A DNA stretch of 63,860 bases, the filler included, from Hausera hauseri (lineage: Eukaryota), in the NCBI GenBank assembly GCA_046269625.1. It is 12 parts of 12 records of this genome, joined end to end, with 100 filler letters (N's around TTAATTAATTAA, not from the genome) between each part and the next. Parts side by side here need not be neighbours in the genome. Positions count along the whole stretch, not along the records: positions 59,735 to 63,860 come from JBJURY010745543.1; 11 more parts are not named here. One strand, given 5' to 3'. A program made the position numbers and the translations under genes. The notes under the pieces are model-generated. The model saw nothing but the letters and a program-made list of their open reading frames with translations, was not told the DNA's origin and made no database searches. Of this stretch, positions 62,075-63,860 are shown one piece after another (the stretch's first letter is position 1; each line of letters starts with the position of its first letter).

Positions 62075-63477
62075 GTTGATAATGATCAAAAAACAGTTGC
62101 AAATAGTATGATATATGGTGTTAATTGAAATTTCATTCGTTTGACGATAAGTGCCAAAACCAAACATGTAAATGACGTGGCAAAATCATAAGTTTCGGTC
62201 TGTTATTTAGTAGGTAGCCACAACCGCCACAATAATCACCTTCCGCTCCAACAATGGAATCACATACTCGGGTGCAATTCTTCCTCCTCCTCAGTATCGT
62301 GCCAAAGTACAGTGAAGCATGATATCAAAATTATTAATCCAAGACACATAAGTTCAATAATGTATGGTACACCTATCATTTCTAGGGACTTAATATATTC
62401 GTCTAATGACAACCAACGAAATCCTTCGTAACACAAATATAAATTAACATGACAGTCGTTAGATGCCCATAGTCCAAATTTTGCTAGAAATTTTAGCATG
62501 TGCACATCATCATGGGGAAAAATATACTTCATTAGTCGTTGCAAGAGAACTGAAAATACCAGACGAAGAGTACCTTGAAGACTTAACCAAGTTATTCTAC
62601 CGGAAAAGCTTGATTGCGTCATTTCTGGTGACTTAAGCATCCGAAAAATCAATGAAATAACAATAAATGATAGCAGAATGGATGCTATAGTCATAATGTT
62701 AAATGATTGTAGAAAAGAAACTCTAATGAAACTGAAGAGGGCAGTTGAGTAATAAAATTTCACTCAATCCGAATATATAAACTCGAAACTTTCAGGACAA
62801 AATACACACCAAGCTTCCGTGAAAATAATAATTGGACTAAATTTCCATTGTATACAGGATAAAAACGTTGACAAGAAAAACAATAATCGAGTAAAGTTTT
62901 GATAATTGAAATTGGTGAGAACGTGAAATGTTAAAACATGTAGCCACAAAAAAGGAAATGAAAAATTTTCACGTATATTTAGAACATGTTACTCGAGATA
63001 TGCCATGCCTGATAAGAGCAAAGAATCCAACTGATAACAGACCGGATAGAAGGAATTATTTAAAAGTAACGATAGAAGGAATATTGAAGCTATGGTCAAT
63101 CCTTGAATAGTTAGCACGCAGTAAACATAGAAATTGATAGGAGAAATGGTAAATTTCAACGCTGACAAAATCCGAAACGAAATACCAAACATAATTTCCT
63201 GCCAAATATTCATCCCTTTAATGACGTTGATTTCGTCTGGATATTCAGTCATATTGTTAGAGAGCAGAACACGGAATGCATCAAACAAATTATTGGCTTC
63301 TATAAATTCCTGAAAATAGGAATAATAAAGTCCTTGTTCGGTTCGCAGAGAAATAAGCTTTTCCACATCGGATATATTGGTCCACCACAATTCAGATTCA
63401 CGACAAAAATATAAATAAATGGAGTAGCCAGCGCTAAGTAGAATTACTAATGGTGTTAGAATTAACGGCGAATACAT
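62075..63477 (-). pseudogene. DPY19L: DPY19-like C-mannosyltransferase, frameshifted and 3'-truncated
   Basis: ISLRTEQGLYYSYF, NMTEYPDEIN, RENFSFPF, QWKFS, DDVHMLKFLAKFG, LALIVKRMKFQLTP; several frameshifts and stops. Confidence 0.85.
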
Positions 63478-63860
63478 TGTGTATCAAAATTCTATCCGTA
63501 GCGTTAATTAGTAAAATTTTCAGAAAATCTGCGAATAATTTTGTTGTGTAGCATTATTAAAACAAATGCGGTGTTTAGTGATACAAATTTGTCTATTTTT
63601 GTAAAATTTAGTAACGGCACTTAGAGCTTAGTGAAACCCTCAATGTGAAACTAAAAATTTTAATCGTACCTTGATTTACTGCAATTACAAAGATGTCAAG
63701 GTCAAAAATAAATGTAAAGTTTTTTGTTTATATTAAACATATATTGAAGTGGTAAATTTGTACTTGTAAAACATATGTAAGTGCATGTAAAACATTTGCG
63801 TGCGTCTAGTGGAGTTTTCAACAAAAACTAAAGAAAGGATCCAAAAACTCAGAACCAACC

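Noticed and set aside
30350-63477. Stop-codon reassignment or readthrough to explain many in-frame stops
   Set aside because: Stops are of all three types, co-occur with frameshifts, and often correspond to CGA/CAA/CAG/TCA in sister copies. Intact genes end normally in TGA (ferritin) and TAG (PsuG fusion).

Overview
This window is not one locus. It is 12 AT-rich eukaryotic (invertebrate animal-like) contigs joined by artificial 100-nt linkers (N44-TTAATTAATTAA-N44), so adjacency across linkers carries no information. The host genome has very short introns (41-46 nt). Host genes: intact ferritin, an intact PsuG-PfkB pseudouridine-degradation fusion, ataxin-2 (5'-truncated by a contig end), one FN3 exon, and decayed Rabex-5/VPS9, DPY19 and Dscam-like pieces. 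Most of the rest is decayed mobile DNA: a CsRN1-like Ty3/Gypsy family (4 copies plus a deleted relative) with a conserved -1 frameshift pseudoknot, other Gypsy elements, two Tc1 elements, a piggyBac remnant, three LINE clades and three Polinton/Maverick-type pPolB copies. Two candidates for novel biology stand out. (1) Cargo-laden Gypsy elements: one has an in-frame signal peptide-3xFN3-like-TM protein in the env position followed by a catalytically dead DEDD exonuclease ORF, and another has a giant Gag ending in a ubiquitin-like domain and an AT-hook. (2) A pPolB element family with a 1.1-2 kb hairpin-dense, internally repeated terminus, a conserved intron directly after the ATG, and a tandem Cys/His domain fused to the polymerase. 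All protein assignments are by-eye motif recognition, not database searches.
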